Position numbers and translations under genes: made by a program. A stretch of 64,000 nt of DNA, taken from the NCBI GenBank assembly GCA_028599125.1, contig JAQRMX010000013.1, forward strand, positions 245-64,244. The letters run 5' to 3'. The notes below the pieces were generated by a model. It was given only the letters and a program-made list of their open reading frames with translations, was not told where the DNA came from and searched no databases. Below are positions 38,412 through 47,520 of the stretch, piece by piece. Origin of the DNA: Alphaproteobacteria bacterium. GTDB lineage: Bacteria; Pseudomonadota; Alphaproteobacteria; Rhizobiales; NORP267. The stretch's first letter is position 1. Each line of letters starts with the position of its first letter.

Positions 38412-39353
38412 TTATATTAGCTTCCAGGAGGCGTCCATCATGATTCCAAGGAAGATGATGGTCCCGATCTCGCGATTGGAACGGAAAACGGTCAGGCAAT
38501 GAGAAACATTGTTGATATCCAATGTATAGATTTTCGTGGCCATATATATGGCTGCCAGAATGATTGAGGCGAGAAAGATTTTTCCGGTGTTTACATATAA
38601 TCCTGATGCGGCAATGAAAATGAAGGCTATCGCGTAGAATCCGTAGAGCCAGGCTTTTGTCGCGCTGCCAAGACGTAATGCGGTGGATTTGAGGCCGATC
38701 TTCTTATCGTCTTTTTTATCTTGATGAGCATAGATTGTGTCATATCCGAGCGTCCAAAAGATACACCCAGCGTGAAGCATGAACATGCCGGGGCTGATCT
38801 GTCCCGTTTCTCCTACCCATCCCAGTATAGCTCCCCAATTGAAGATAAATCCCAATACGATCTGTGGCCACCAGGTTATCTTTTTCATGAAGGGATAGAT
38901 GGCGAAGGGAAAAAGCGCGACCATGCCGAGGAGGATCGCAAGCTTGTTGAAGCAAAGGAGAATTATAAGTCCGGCGAGAAGCAGGAAGATCAGGCAGAAC
39001 CACGCCTGCACCAGTATTAACTGGCCACTGGGGAGTGGTCGTTTGCGGGTGCGCTCAACCTGAGCATCTATTTCATGATCGACAATGTCATTATAGACAC
39101 AGCCGGCACTACGCATAATCAAGGTAAAGAGAATGAAGAGGGTGGCGAGGCGAAGATTTATGAGGTTGGTTTCTTGCTGTGTATATGCAGCAAGGCTAAG
39201 GGCCCATAAACAAGGCCACAGTGATAACCATATGCCGACCGGCCTGTCCAGGCGCATGAGATGGAGATAGGGGATCATGCGCACCGGTGCATATTTGTCA
39301 CACCAGTTTTCAGCAATTGCATCGCTGATTCTAAGATCTTCATTTTTTTTCAT
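38412..39353 (-). CDS. ubiA: 4-hydroxybenzoate polyprenyltransferase
   Basis: UbiA prenyltransferase motif NDIVDHEIDAQVERTRKRPLPSG and a second Asp-rich block YDTIYAHQDKKDD. Polytopic. Confidence 0.9.
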   Translation of the reverse strand: MKKNEDLRISDAIAENWCDKYAPVRMIPYLHLMRLDRPVGIWLSLWPCLWALSLAAYTQQETNLINLRLATLFILFTLIMRSAGCVYNDIVDHEIDAQVERTRKRPLPSGQLILVQAWFCLIFLLLAGLIILLCFNKLAILLGMVALFPFAIYPFMKKITWWPQIVLGFIFNWGAILGWVGETGQISPGMFMLHAGCIFWTLGYDTIYAHQDKKDDKKIGLKSTALRLGSATKAWLYGFYAIAFIFIAASGLYVNTGKIFLASIILAAIYMATKIYTLDINNVSHCLTVFRSNREIGTIIFLGIMMDASWKLI

Positions 39354-39547
39354 ATTGGGATATTACGGTGAAAAAGAAGAGATTTATAGAATTTTTATCA
39401 ACTGATTTTGGTTTTTTCTGTTTTCGCTCTATATTTCCTTTTACCGGTACGGATGAGAAGGTCCTGGTCATAGCGTTTTATAGTGCTAGCGGATAAGAGA
39501 GAGGCCCTTTTGACTGATCTGGTACATTTTCTTTTGATATCTCTTTC

Positions 39548-40292
39548 ATGAGAAGACTTTTTGTCGGGGACGATCTGTTCTCTGAGTCTATTTTCTAGCT
39601 TGATGCACAGAAATGCCATTATTTGTGTCACCTTCTCCGTATACGACAAGGTGATACCTTACTTTTTTCAATAGTTAGGATGGGGAATGGGGAGGAGAGA
39701 TTTCCTTTCTCGATGGGTGTTTTTGTTCTTTACGTGGACTATGTCTTTTCGGGGAGCCGTTGAGGATCTCGGGGTTATCTTATTTTTGTACCCCTGAAGC
39801 AGATGAGTCTTTATTATCTGGTTCAGAAAGCGACAGAGATGGGTTCAGAAAGCGACAGAGATGGGTTCAGAAAGCGACAGAGATGGTTGCTGTTTGCGAT
39901 CTGTCCGCTCATGACGGACTGGACGAATGTTGCGCGTGTCAACATTAACCAGGCAAATATTCTTAAAGCAGCGGACAATACGCTGCTTCAATCCTTCTCT
40001 CTGTGAGTGCTTTACTGCATCTGGAGGATTATTTATTTGATTGGTATGCCTCACGTCATCTGATTATTTGTGATGTTGATGCGCCTGTTATAGACCCGAT
40101 TTGCTTTACTTCGGGGTTTCCTAGTTCTCTGACCATTCTGGTTAGCTCTGAGGGTGTTTTTTCTGAAACGGAACGGGAATATTTCTCCCAGCAGTATTTG
40201 TTACGAGATTGTTTCTTGTTCAGCGCACCCTGCGTGCTAACACAGCGGAGGTCGTTGCAATCAGTCTTTTTCAGGCTGTTTTTGAGAATTGG
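39548..40292 (+). pseudogene. rsmE: rsmE (16S rRNA m3U1498 methyltransferase) pseudogene: in-frame stops, several frameshifts, internal 22-bp triplication
   Basis: RsmE-like blocks are spread over three frames: MRRLFVGDDL (ATG 39548), FNS*DGEW, YLIFVPLKQMSLYYLVQKATEMG, PLMTDW..ANILKAADNT, LTILVSSEGVFSETEREYF, QRTLRANTAEVVAISLFQAVFENW. TAG at 39596-39598 and TGA at 39761-39763 are in frame. Track ORFs 39760-39948, 39803-40006 and 40003-40308 are its fragments. Confidence 0.85.
39821..39886 (+). repeat. perfect tandem triplication, 22 bp x3 (GTTCAGAAAGCGACAGAGATGG) inside the rsmE pseudogene
   Basis: Read directly from the sequence. The unit encodes VQKATEMG of RsmE in copy 1 and is read in the other two frames in copies 2 and 3. 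Confidence 0.97.
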
Positions 40293-40409
40293 AAAGGTAC
40301 CTTGTTAGTTTCTTGTTTTTGTCATGTCTCTTCATTTTTTCTGCTTTTGGTTATATCTGGAGCACGGCCTACAGAAATTTGATCATGTTATGGAGGGTGG
40401 GGGGCTTTT

Positions 40410-41765
40410 ATGTCAGTGTATACACTAGAGAACAGAGCTGATCTTATTGCCTCTATGGAGGAATGGAGCAAGCCCCGATCCGCATGGCGGATTGGAACTG
40501 AACATGAAAAATTTTGTTTCCGGGTTTCTGATTATAGCCCTGTTTTTTATGAGGGGTCTGAGGGCATTGGTGCTTTTCTGGAAAGACTGGGTGTCTTTTT
40601 TGAGTGGAATTTTATCAGGGAATCGAACAAAATTGTTGGTTTATCCTCTCCTGAGGATGGGTTTAATATATCTCTGGAGCCCGGTGGACAATTTGAAATT
40701 TCAAGCCCGCCATTAAATACACTACACCAGATTTGTTCAGAGATGGCATATTTTTCGCAACGGATTGATGTTATTGGTAATGAGTTTGGTATTGATTTTC
40801 TTGGGCTTGGTTTTTCACCGAAATGGACCTGCCCTGAGACGCCTGTCATGCCTAAATCTCGCTATGAGATCATGACCCGCTACATGCCAAAGGTGGGTCA
40901 GAAGGGTCTGGATATGATGTATCGTTCTTGCACCACGCAAGTGAATCTGGATTTTTCTTGCGAAGCAGATATGGTGAGAAAATTGCGTGTAGCCTTAGCT
41001 CTGCAGTCTGTAGCCACGGCTTTATTTGCCAATTCGCCTTTCACTGACGGGGAGCCTAATCATTTTCTTTCCTTTCGTGCGGACGTATGGCGTTATACGG
41101 ATGCTCAACGTACGGGCCTGCTCCCTTTTGTTTTTGAAGAGGGTATGGGGTTCGAACGTTATGTTGATTATGCTCTTGATGTCCCGATGTATTTTGTTGT
41201 TCGTGATGGACAGTATATTGATGTTTCAGGTGAGTCTTTCCGTTTTTTTCTGTCCGGGATGCTTACGGCATTACCTTCCCAAAAGCCAACTATGGATGAT
41301 TGGTATATGCATTTGTCGACCTTGTTTCCTGATGTACGCTTGAAACATTTTTTGGAAATGCGGGGAGCGGACAGTGGTTCGTTGAAGCGCGTGTCTTCCT
41401 TGTCAGCATTTTGGGTCGGTCTCCTTTACGATAGTGATGTGCTCGATGCGGCGTGGGAGATGGTAAAAGACTGGACCATGGATGAACTATTGAATCTAAG
41501 GGATACTGTCCCTCGTCTGGGCCTAGCGACACCGTTTCGTGGTTCGTTATTGCAGGAGATTGCAATGAGCGTTGTTACTCTTGCCCGAGAAGGCCTCAGT
41601 CGTCGCTCCTACCTGAATGAGCGTAATGAGGATGAGACGATTTTTCTGGAGTGTCTTGAGCAGACTGCAAGATCAGGTCAGACACCGGCGAACATTTTGC
41701 TGAATCGCTTTTTCGGTTCATGGAATCAAGACATTACTCATGTTTTTAAGGATAAATCATATTGA
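40410..41765 (+). CDS. gshA: glutamate--cysteine ligase (plant/alphaproteobacterial GSH1 type)
   Basis: 451 aa. The blocks RIGTEHEKF, SLEPGGQFE.S and RYMPKVGQKGLDMMYRSCTTQVNLDF are typical of the group-3 GCL family. Confidence 0.9.
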   Translation: MSVYTLENRADLIASMEEWSKPRSAWRIGTEHEKFCFRVSDYSPVFYEGSEGIGAFLERLGVFFEWNFIRESNKIVGLSSPEDGFNISLEPGGQFEISSPPLNTLHQICSEMAYFSQRIDVIGNEFGIDFLGLGFSPKWTCPETPVMPKSRYEIMTRYMPKVGQKGLDMMYRSCTTQVNLDFSCEADMVRKLRVALALQSVATALFANSPFTDGEPNHFLSFRADVWRYTDAQRTGLLPFVFEEGMGFERYVDYALDVPMYFVVRDGQYIDVSGESFRFFLSGMLTALPSQKPTMDDWYMHLSTLFPDVRLKHFLEMRGADSGSLKRVSSLSAFWVGLLYDSDVLDAAWEMVKDWTMDELLNLRDTVPRLGLATPFRGSLLQEIAMSVVTLAREGLSRRSYLNERNEDETIFLECLEQTARSGQTPANILLNRFFGSWNQDITHVFKDKSY

Positions 41766-41891
41766 TTTATTCCTTTTATTTTCCTTGTCTTCTTGTTTCA
41801 GGGGGCTATTGCAGCCTGCCTGGGTTACGTTATTTCGGTATGTCCGGGTTAAAATTCTTTTTTGTGAGTATCTGTCTGTAAGATTTTTCCT

Positions 41892-42422
41892 TTACTTTAA
41901 ATAAGCGAGTGCTTTTTTGAATCCTTTCAGAGAAACAGGGATTCCAATTCCCTGTTCCGGTGTCTTGAAGATGATGAATGTCACGGATCTGTTTTTTTCC
42001 AATCTGCTTTGCAGATCGGGCAATAGCTCTATTTCAGCAAAGCAACCATTTACAACGCAGCGTTCAAATCTGATTCTGCTGACATCCACGCCGTCTATTT
42101 TGAGAACTAGGCCAGGTGGCAACCAAACGCCGAGGGGGGCCACGATCCGGAGAAGCTGTTTCTGTTTATCCATTGTCCGGAGGAGGCTAACGGCTAATCC
42201 GACATTTTCCTGATTTTCAGCGACCACGCTTTGTACCATTGCACATTGCTTTTTTCGTGCCCCTGGTGGCAAGTCACACATAATGCTCCAGTCTCCGAAG
42301 ATCTTCTGTACCTTGTCTTGCGCGTGGGTGGAGCAGGGAAAGAGAAAAAACAAGAGGTAGGCGAGGAGTATGCGTTGAAAAGCTCCCGTACAACGGAGGA
42401 ATTGCATTTTAAAGTCTTTCAC
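41892..42422 (-). CDS. IalB-family (invasion-associated locus B) periplasmic protein
   Basis: Signal peptide, then FGDWSIMCD...KKQCAMVQS...RCVVNGCFAEIEL, which is the Cys pattern and W..C core of the IalB family. The start may be the internal ATG at 42407. Confidence 0.75.
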   Translation of the reverse strand: MKDFKMQFLRCTGAFQRILLAYLLFFLFPCSTHAQDKVQKIFGDWSIMCDLPPGARKKQCAMVQSVVAENQENVGLAVSLLRTMDKQKQLLRIVAPLGVWLPPGLVLKIDGVDVSRIRFERCVVNGCFAEIELLPDLQSRLEKNRSVTFIIFKTPEQGIGIPVSLKGFKKALAYLK

Positions 42423-42456
42423 AGAGGGAATGCTCCTTTAGAGGAAAAGAATCAGT

Positions 42457-42488
42457 TAGGTCGCAAATATTTTAGGTCGCAAATATTT
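42457..42488. repeat. perfect tandem duplication, 16 bp x2 (TAGGTCGCAAATATTT)
   Basis: Read directly from the sequence. Lies in the divergent ialB-family / coxB intergenic region. Confidence 0.95.
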
Positions 42489-42967
42489 TTCTCTCCTCCG
42501 AATTTGATAATGCGAATTGATAATTTTCTTCCTGATTTTATGTCCCGTTGTGCGTTCTATACAGCACAACGGCTAGTCTATTGCCGGATAGCTTCTTTCT
42601 GTCAAGTAGACTCTTTCTCGCTAGTTTTGTTTTCCTTAAAATTGCATTTCGGGAAGGATTATTGAGATATTTTTGTTATTATTGAACGTTTCATTTCTAT
42701 TGTCTGCGAGTTGCGGGATGCGTAAATTCACGATCAGCAAATTTACGGTTGAGTGCGTTAGTTCGATTGTCGTTTGTCAGGGAATGGAAAATGGAATAAA
42801 GTGATGTTGTTGTATGTGTGGTGCTTTTTCTCCCTTTTTTGTTTGTCTTCAGAGGGTGTAAGGTATCAGGGTTCGGGAGGCTATGCTGACCAGGTTCCCC
42901 CCTGTTCCTAATTATTTTCGGTGATTTAGCCATGGTCGGCGAGCTTTAGCGGATAGGGTTTGTTCTT

Positions 42968-43840
42968 ATGGGCAGGTTTGGACGATTTAGCGCGATTTTG
43001 TTTATGAGCTTCAGTTTTCTTTTGTCCACGGTTTTATTTTCCTTCGCGTCCGGCCAGCCGCAGCCTTGGCAGATGGGTCTTTCTGAGTCTGTAACTCCAA
43101 TCATGACTGAGTTGCTTTGGTTTCATGATGATTTTTTGTTATGGATCATCGGATTTGTTACCTTTTTTGTTCTTTTCCTGCTTATTGTCGTCGTTTTGTT
43201 TTTTAACAAACGCTTCCATCCTGTACCATCAACTACCAGCCATAATACAGCAATTGAGGTGATCTGGACTGTCATCCCGATCCTCATTCTTATCGTGATT
43301 GCCGTTCCTTCTTTTCGCTTGCTTTATTTTGAACGAGTTATTCCGGAAGCGGCCATGACTATAAAAGCTATCGGTCATCAATGGTATTGGTCTTATGAGT
43401 ATCCTGATCATGAAGATGTTTCGTTTGATAGTGTGATGGTGGAGGATGAAGATCTGAAAGCGGGTCAACCCCGCCTTTTGGCTGTAGATCAGGAGTTAAT
43501 TGTTCCGGTTGGTAAAGTTGTGCGCTTGCTTGTCACGGCTTCGGATGTTATTCACAGCTGGGCAATACCTTCTTTCGGGATGAAAATTGATGCAATTCCA
43601 GGTCGTCTTAATGAGTCTTGGTTCAAGGCTGAGAAAGTTGGCGTTTACTACGGTCAGTGTTCTGAATTATGTGGTGTAAGGCATGCATTCATGCCTATTG
43701 CGGTCCGCGTTGTTGAGCAGGAGATTTTTGATGCCTGGATAACTATGGCCGTTCAATCTGGTCCTGAGGATGCAAATGAACTGCTTACGCACCGTCATAA
43801 AATTTTGTCTCGGACGGTTTCCTTGAAAAATGGAGGATGA
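42968..43840 (+). CDS. coxB: cytochrome c oxidase (aa3) subunit II
   Basis: CuA site HSWAIPSFGMKIDAIPGR...CSELCGVRHAFMP. Signal peptide plus two TM helices. Confidence 0.95.
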   Translation: MGRFGRFSAILFMSFSFLLSTVLFSFASGQPQPWQMGLSESVTPIMTELLWFHDDFLLWIIGFVTFFVLFLLIVVVLFFNKRFHPVPSTTSHNTAIEVIWTVIPILILIVIAVPSFRLLYFERVIPEAAMTIKAIGHQWYWSYEYPDHEDVSFDSVMVEDEDLKAGQPRLLAVDQELIVPVGKVVRLLVTASDVIHSWAIPSFGMKIDAIPGRLNESWFKAEKVGVYYGQCSELCGVRHAFMPIAVRVVEQEIFDAWITMAVQSGPEDANELLTHRHKILSRTVSLKNGG

Positions 43841-43909
43841 TCACGGATTTGAGAGTTTTCCGGTTCTTGAGCTAAGGGAACAGATAAGGATTAGAAAAGG
43901 AACAGAATC

Positions 43910-45502
43910 ATGGTAACGCATGCCGCAGACCATGGACAGGGTGGCTATCCGACAGGGTGGCGCCGCTATCTTTTTTCAACGAATCATAAGGACATTGGAA
44001 CGATGTACCTTATTTTCGGTATGTTGAACGGCCTTATCGGAGGTGCTCTTTCTATCGTTATCCGGATGGAATTGCAGAACCCCGGCTTACAGTTTTTTGG
44101 TGATCCGCATCTCTTTAATGTTTTTACGACTGCGCATGGTTTAATCATGCTTTTTCTGATGCTCATGCCTGCACTGATCGGTGGATTTGGCAATTGGTTT
44201 GTTCCTTTGATGATTGGTGCGCCGGATATGGCGTTTCCGCGTCTCAACAATGTATCATTCTGGTTGCTGCCTCCTGCGGCTCTTTTACTCTTTATGTCGT
44301 TGTTTTCAGAAGGGGACAGCGGAGGATCAGGTTTTGGTGGAGGGTGGACCCTTTATCCTCCGCTTTCTGCTGGAGGGGGTCCAGCGGTGGATTATGCTAT
44401 TCTTTCGATTCACATCATGGGAATTGCGTCCCTTCTTGGTTCGATTAATTTCATCACGACCATTCTCAACATGCGTGCACCTGGTATGACGATGCACAAA
44501 TTACCTCTGTTTGCCTGGTCTCTTCTGATTACGTCCTTTTTGTTATTGCTTTCTTTGCCTGTTCTGGCAGGGGCTCTTACTATGCTTCTTACTGACCGTA
44601 ACTTCGGGACGACTTTTTTTGATCCTTCCGGTGGTGGTGATCCCCTTTTATTCCAGCATCTTTTCTGGTTTTTTGGTCATCCTGAGGTGTATATCCTTGT
44701 TCTCCCTGTTTTTGGTATTGTCAGCCATATTATTTCAACTTTTTCGTGCAAGCCTGTATTTGGTTATCTGGGAATGGTCTATGCGATGATTTCGATTGGA
44801 GTGATTGGTTTTATCGTTTGGGCACATCATATGTATGCGGTTGGTATGGATGTGAATACGCAGGCCTATTTTATTACTGCAACGATTGTGATTTCTGTTC
44901 CCACGGGGATTAAGATTTTTTCGTGGATTGCCACCATGTGGGGGGGATCTATAAGCTTTAAACCGCCAATGGTCTGGGTTATTGGTTTCATTTTTCTTTT
45001 TACAGTTGGTGGTGTTACAGGGGTTGTTTTAGCGAATGCAAGTATAAATCGTGCTTTGCATGACACTTATTATATTGTCGCGCATTTTCACTATGTTCTG
45101 TCTCTGGGTGCTGTTTTCGGTCTTTTTGCGGGTTGGTATTACTGGTTTCCCAAAATTTCCGGTTACATGTATAGCTTTTTCCTTGCACATATGCATTTTG
45201 TTGTTCAATTTGTGGGAGTTAACATGATTTTCTTCCCGCAGCATTTTCTTGGTCTTGCTGGTATGCCTCGCCGCTATATTGACTATCCGGATGCCTTTGC
45301 AGGGTGGAATTATATATCGTCAATCGGCTCCTATGTTTCCCTTTTGGGTGTTTTGATTTTTTTGTTCGGCGTTTTTGAAGCTTTTTTGAGAAAGCGTCCT
45401 GCGGCTTCCAATCCTTGGGGGGACGGCGCAAACTCTCTTGAGTGGACCTTGCCTTCACCGCCACCATTCCATCAGTTTGAGACATTGCCGCACATCAAGT
45501 GA
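43910..45502 (+). CDS. coxA: cytochrome c oxidase (aa3) subunit I
   Basis: [24 protein letters not shown] and HHMY... are heme-copper oxidase hallmarks. Confidence 0.97.
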   Translation: MVTHAADHGQGGYPTGWRRYLFSTNHKDIGTMYLIFGMLNGLIGGALSIVIRMELQNPGLQFFGDPHLFNVFTTAHGLIMLFLMLMPALIGGFGNWFVPLMIGAPDMAFPRLNNVSFWLLPPAALLLFMSLFSEGDSGGSGFGGGWTLYPPLSAGGGPAVDYAILSIHIMGIASLLGSINFITTILNMRAPGMTMHKLPLFAWSLLITSFLLLLSLPVLAGALTMLLTDRNFGTTFFDPSGGGDPLLFQHLFWFFGHPEVYILVLPVFGIVSHIISTFSCKPVFGYLGMVYAMISIGVIGFIVWAHHMYAVGMDVNTQAYFITATIVISVPTGIKIFSWIATMWGGSISFKPPMVWVIGFIFLFTVGGVTGVVLANASINRALHDTYYIVAHFHYVLSLGAVFGLFAGWYYWFPKISGYMYSFFLAHMHFVVQFVGVNMIFFPQHFLGLAGMPRRYIDYPDAFAGWNYISSIGSYVSLLGVLIFLFGVFEAFLRKRPAASNPWGDGANSLEWTLPSPPPFHQFETLPHIK

Positions 45503-45609
45503 TTTTTCGCTTCGCGTTGTGCATCGGGATTATTTTCTTTCAGCTATTCTGATCGGATGTTGTTGTGTTGCTTGTTAGCAAGCGGAACAGTCTGGAGGGC
45601 TGCGTAATT

Positions 45610-46566
45610 ATGGGTTTCTGGGGCCGCATCGGTAACGATTGTGAGAATCTTTCCCGCAGTACAGCCGATTGTGCTGTTTCTCGTAGTCTGTCTGATTTTA
45701 TATCCTTGCTGAAGCCACGTGTTATGTCGTTAGCTTTGTTTACAGCCCTTGTTGGTTTTGTTATTGCACCCGGTTCTGTTGATCCTTTCATTTTCATTGC
45801 ATTTCTTTTATGTGTTGTTTGTGGTGCTGGAGCGGCCGGTGCCTTGAACATGTGGTACGATGCAGACATTGATGCTGTCATGAGTCGTACGGCAAAGCGC
45901 CCTGTGCCTTCGGGACAGGTTGCACCATTTGAGGCCCTTGCTTTGGGGTGTATTTTAGCGTTTGGTTCTGTTTTTTTATTAGGAATTTTGGTTAATTGGG
46001 TTGCTTCCGCTTTGTTGGCGTTTACTATTTTTTTCTATCTTGTGATCTACACAATGTGGTTGAAACGCTGGACAGCACAAAACATTGTTATCGGTGGTAT
46101 AGCGGGTGCATTTCCGCCAATGATTGGCTGGGCGTCGGCGACGGGTCACATAAGTCTGGAGAGTCTGGCACTGTTTGCGATTATTTTCATCTGGACACCT
46201 CCTCATTCTTGGTCTCTGGCACTGTTTTCTGAACGAGATTATGAGCGTGCGGAAGTCCCGATGCTGCCAGTTGTAGCAGGTCCGTATAAGACCCGTCTTT
46301 GGATAGTTTTTTATTCAATTTTGCTTGTACCTTGCGGTTTATTGCCTTGGTTTATGGGTTTTGCAGGTTGGTTGTTTGCGATAATGAGTTTTTTTCTGGG
46401 TATGTTTTTTTTGTTCCTGTCATTTAGGGTTTTCTTTTGCCGGGAAGGCAAGGTCGCTTTGGATGCGGCAAAGCGTTTGTTTTTCTTTTCAATTTTTTAT
46501 TTATTTCTGCTTTACGCAACTTTGTTATTTGAACATGTTATGGGATTGATTGAATTTGCGTTATAA
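45610..46566 (+). CDS. ctaB: protoheme IX farnesyltransferase (heme O synthase)
   Basis: UbiA-family blocks LLKPRVMSLALFTALVG and NMWYDADIDAVMSRTAKRPVPSG. ATG 45610 is preferred over the track start 45565. Confidence 0.9.
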   Translation: MGFWGRIGNDCENLSRSTADCAVSRSLSDFISLLKPRVMSLALFTALVGFVIAPGSVDPFIFIAFLLCVVCGAGAAGALNMWYDADIDAVMSRTAKRPVPSGQVAPFEALALGCILAFGSVFLLGILVNWVASALLAFTIFFYLVIYTMWLKRWTAQNIVIGGIAGAFPPMIGWASATGHISLESLALFAIIFIWTPPHSWSLALFSERDYERAEVPMLPVVAGPYKTRLWIVFYSILLVPCGLLPWFMGFAGWLFAIMSFFLGMFFLFLSFRVFFCREGKVALDAAKRLFFFSIFYLFLLYATLLFEHVMGLIEFAL

Positions 46567-46587
46567 GGGGTAAAAGGAGACGTACTT

Positions 46588-46776
46588 ATGGAAAATAATG
46601 TCATTATTCCCGATGCAGGTTATTCTGGCAGGAAGCGATTTATATCTCTCTTAATTGCCTTTTTTCTGTTTGCCTTTATTTTTCTGATCTATGTGTTTAC
46701 AATATTGAGGTTTGGTGGGTTTGTACTTTCTTTTTCTCAAGATCTTTCCTTATTGATGAGTTTTTCTGTGGGATAA
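46588..46776 (+). CDS. small single-TM membrane protein in the conserved ctaB-ctaG slot
   Basis: AAGGAG lies 7 nt upstream of the ATG. One hydrophobic helix (ISLLIAFFLFAFIFLIYVFTIL). A small ORF at this position is common in Rhizobiales cox clusters, from memory. Confidence 0.5.
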   Translation: MENNVIIPDAGYSGRKRFISLLIAFFLFAFIFLIYVFTILRFGGFVLSFSQDLSLLMSFSVG

Positions 46777-47508
46777 TTGGATGTCTTTAGCCCGCCTTTT
46801 CAGGCGATTTTTCATGTGAGGTGTCTTTTGGACGGTGTGCAGTCTTCACAAGAGTCTTTTTTGAAACGCCGAAATCGTAAGGTTTTTCTGTTTTGCGTGT
46901 TTGTTTTTTTTTGCATGATTTCGCTCTCTTTTGCGTCGGTTCCCCTTTATCGTCTTTTCTGCCAGACGACAGGTTTTGGAGGAACACCGCTTGTTGCTTT
47001 ACGAAATGATTCGGTCGTAAGCGAGGGTATAATTGAGGTTCGTTTTGATTCAAATATTGCTCCGGAATTGCCCTGGACATTTGTTCCTCGTGAGCGGTCT
47101 GTTCATGTCAGGTTTGGTGAAACGACGCTTGTTTTCTACCGCGTACGTAACAATAGCTCCCGTTCTGTGTCCGGGACAGCGACATTTAATGTAACGCCTA
47201 ATTGGCTAAGTCCGTATTTCAACAAGATTGAGTGTTTTTGCTTTACGGAGCAGACGGTCGGTCCTTATGAAACTGTTGATATGCCTGTGACATTTTTTAT
47301 TGATCCATTGCTTGTCCGTGAAGAGGTTTTTAGAAAATATCAAAGATCTGGAAATTTGCCGGCAATCACTTTATCTTATACTTTCTTTCCTCTTGATGAT
47401 GAAGAGGCGGGCTTGCGTGCCTTTTTAAATATCTCGGTAAGAGAACGAATTTTAGGACCCCGATTTCCCCATTCTGCTATAATTCTAGGCCTTGGGGACA
47501 TCAGATGA
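46777..47508 (+). CDS. ctaG: cytochrome c oxidase assembly protein CtaG/Cox11
   Basis: VPLYRLFCQTTGFGGT and CFCFTEQ (copper-binding) blocks. The exact start is uncertain (TTG 46777 or a downstream GTG). Confidence 0.9.
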   Translation: MDVFSPPFQAIFHVRCLLDGVQSSQESFLKRRNRKVFLFCVFVFFCMISLSFASVPLYRLFCQTTGFGGTPLVALRNDSVVSEGIIEVRFDSNIAPELPWTFVPRERSVHVRFGETTLVFYRVRNNSSRSVSGTATFNVTPNWLSPYFNKIECFCFTEQTVGPYETVDMPVTFFIDPLLVREEVFRKYQRSGNLPAITLSYTFFPLDDEEAGLRAFLNISVRERILGPRFPHSAIILGLGDIR

Positions 47509-47520
47509 AGGAGTGGCTAC

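Noticed and set aside
39398-39649. Track ORF 39398-39649 (-), 83 aa, basic, with a faint MerR/excisionase-like STIKRYDQDLLIRTGKRKY stretch
   Set aside because: Its 3' part is antisense to the N-terminal part of the rsmE pseudogene, whose RsmE blocks are much more convincing. The HTH resemblance is weak and sits at the wrong end of the protein.
42231-42933. Track ORFs 42231-42665 (+) and 42697-42933 (-) in the ialB-family / coxB intergenic region
   Set aside because: The first is partly antisense to the IalB-family gene. Neither has a recognisable motif or start context. I treat the region as regulatory or non-coding.
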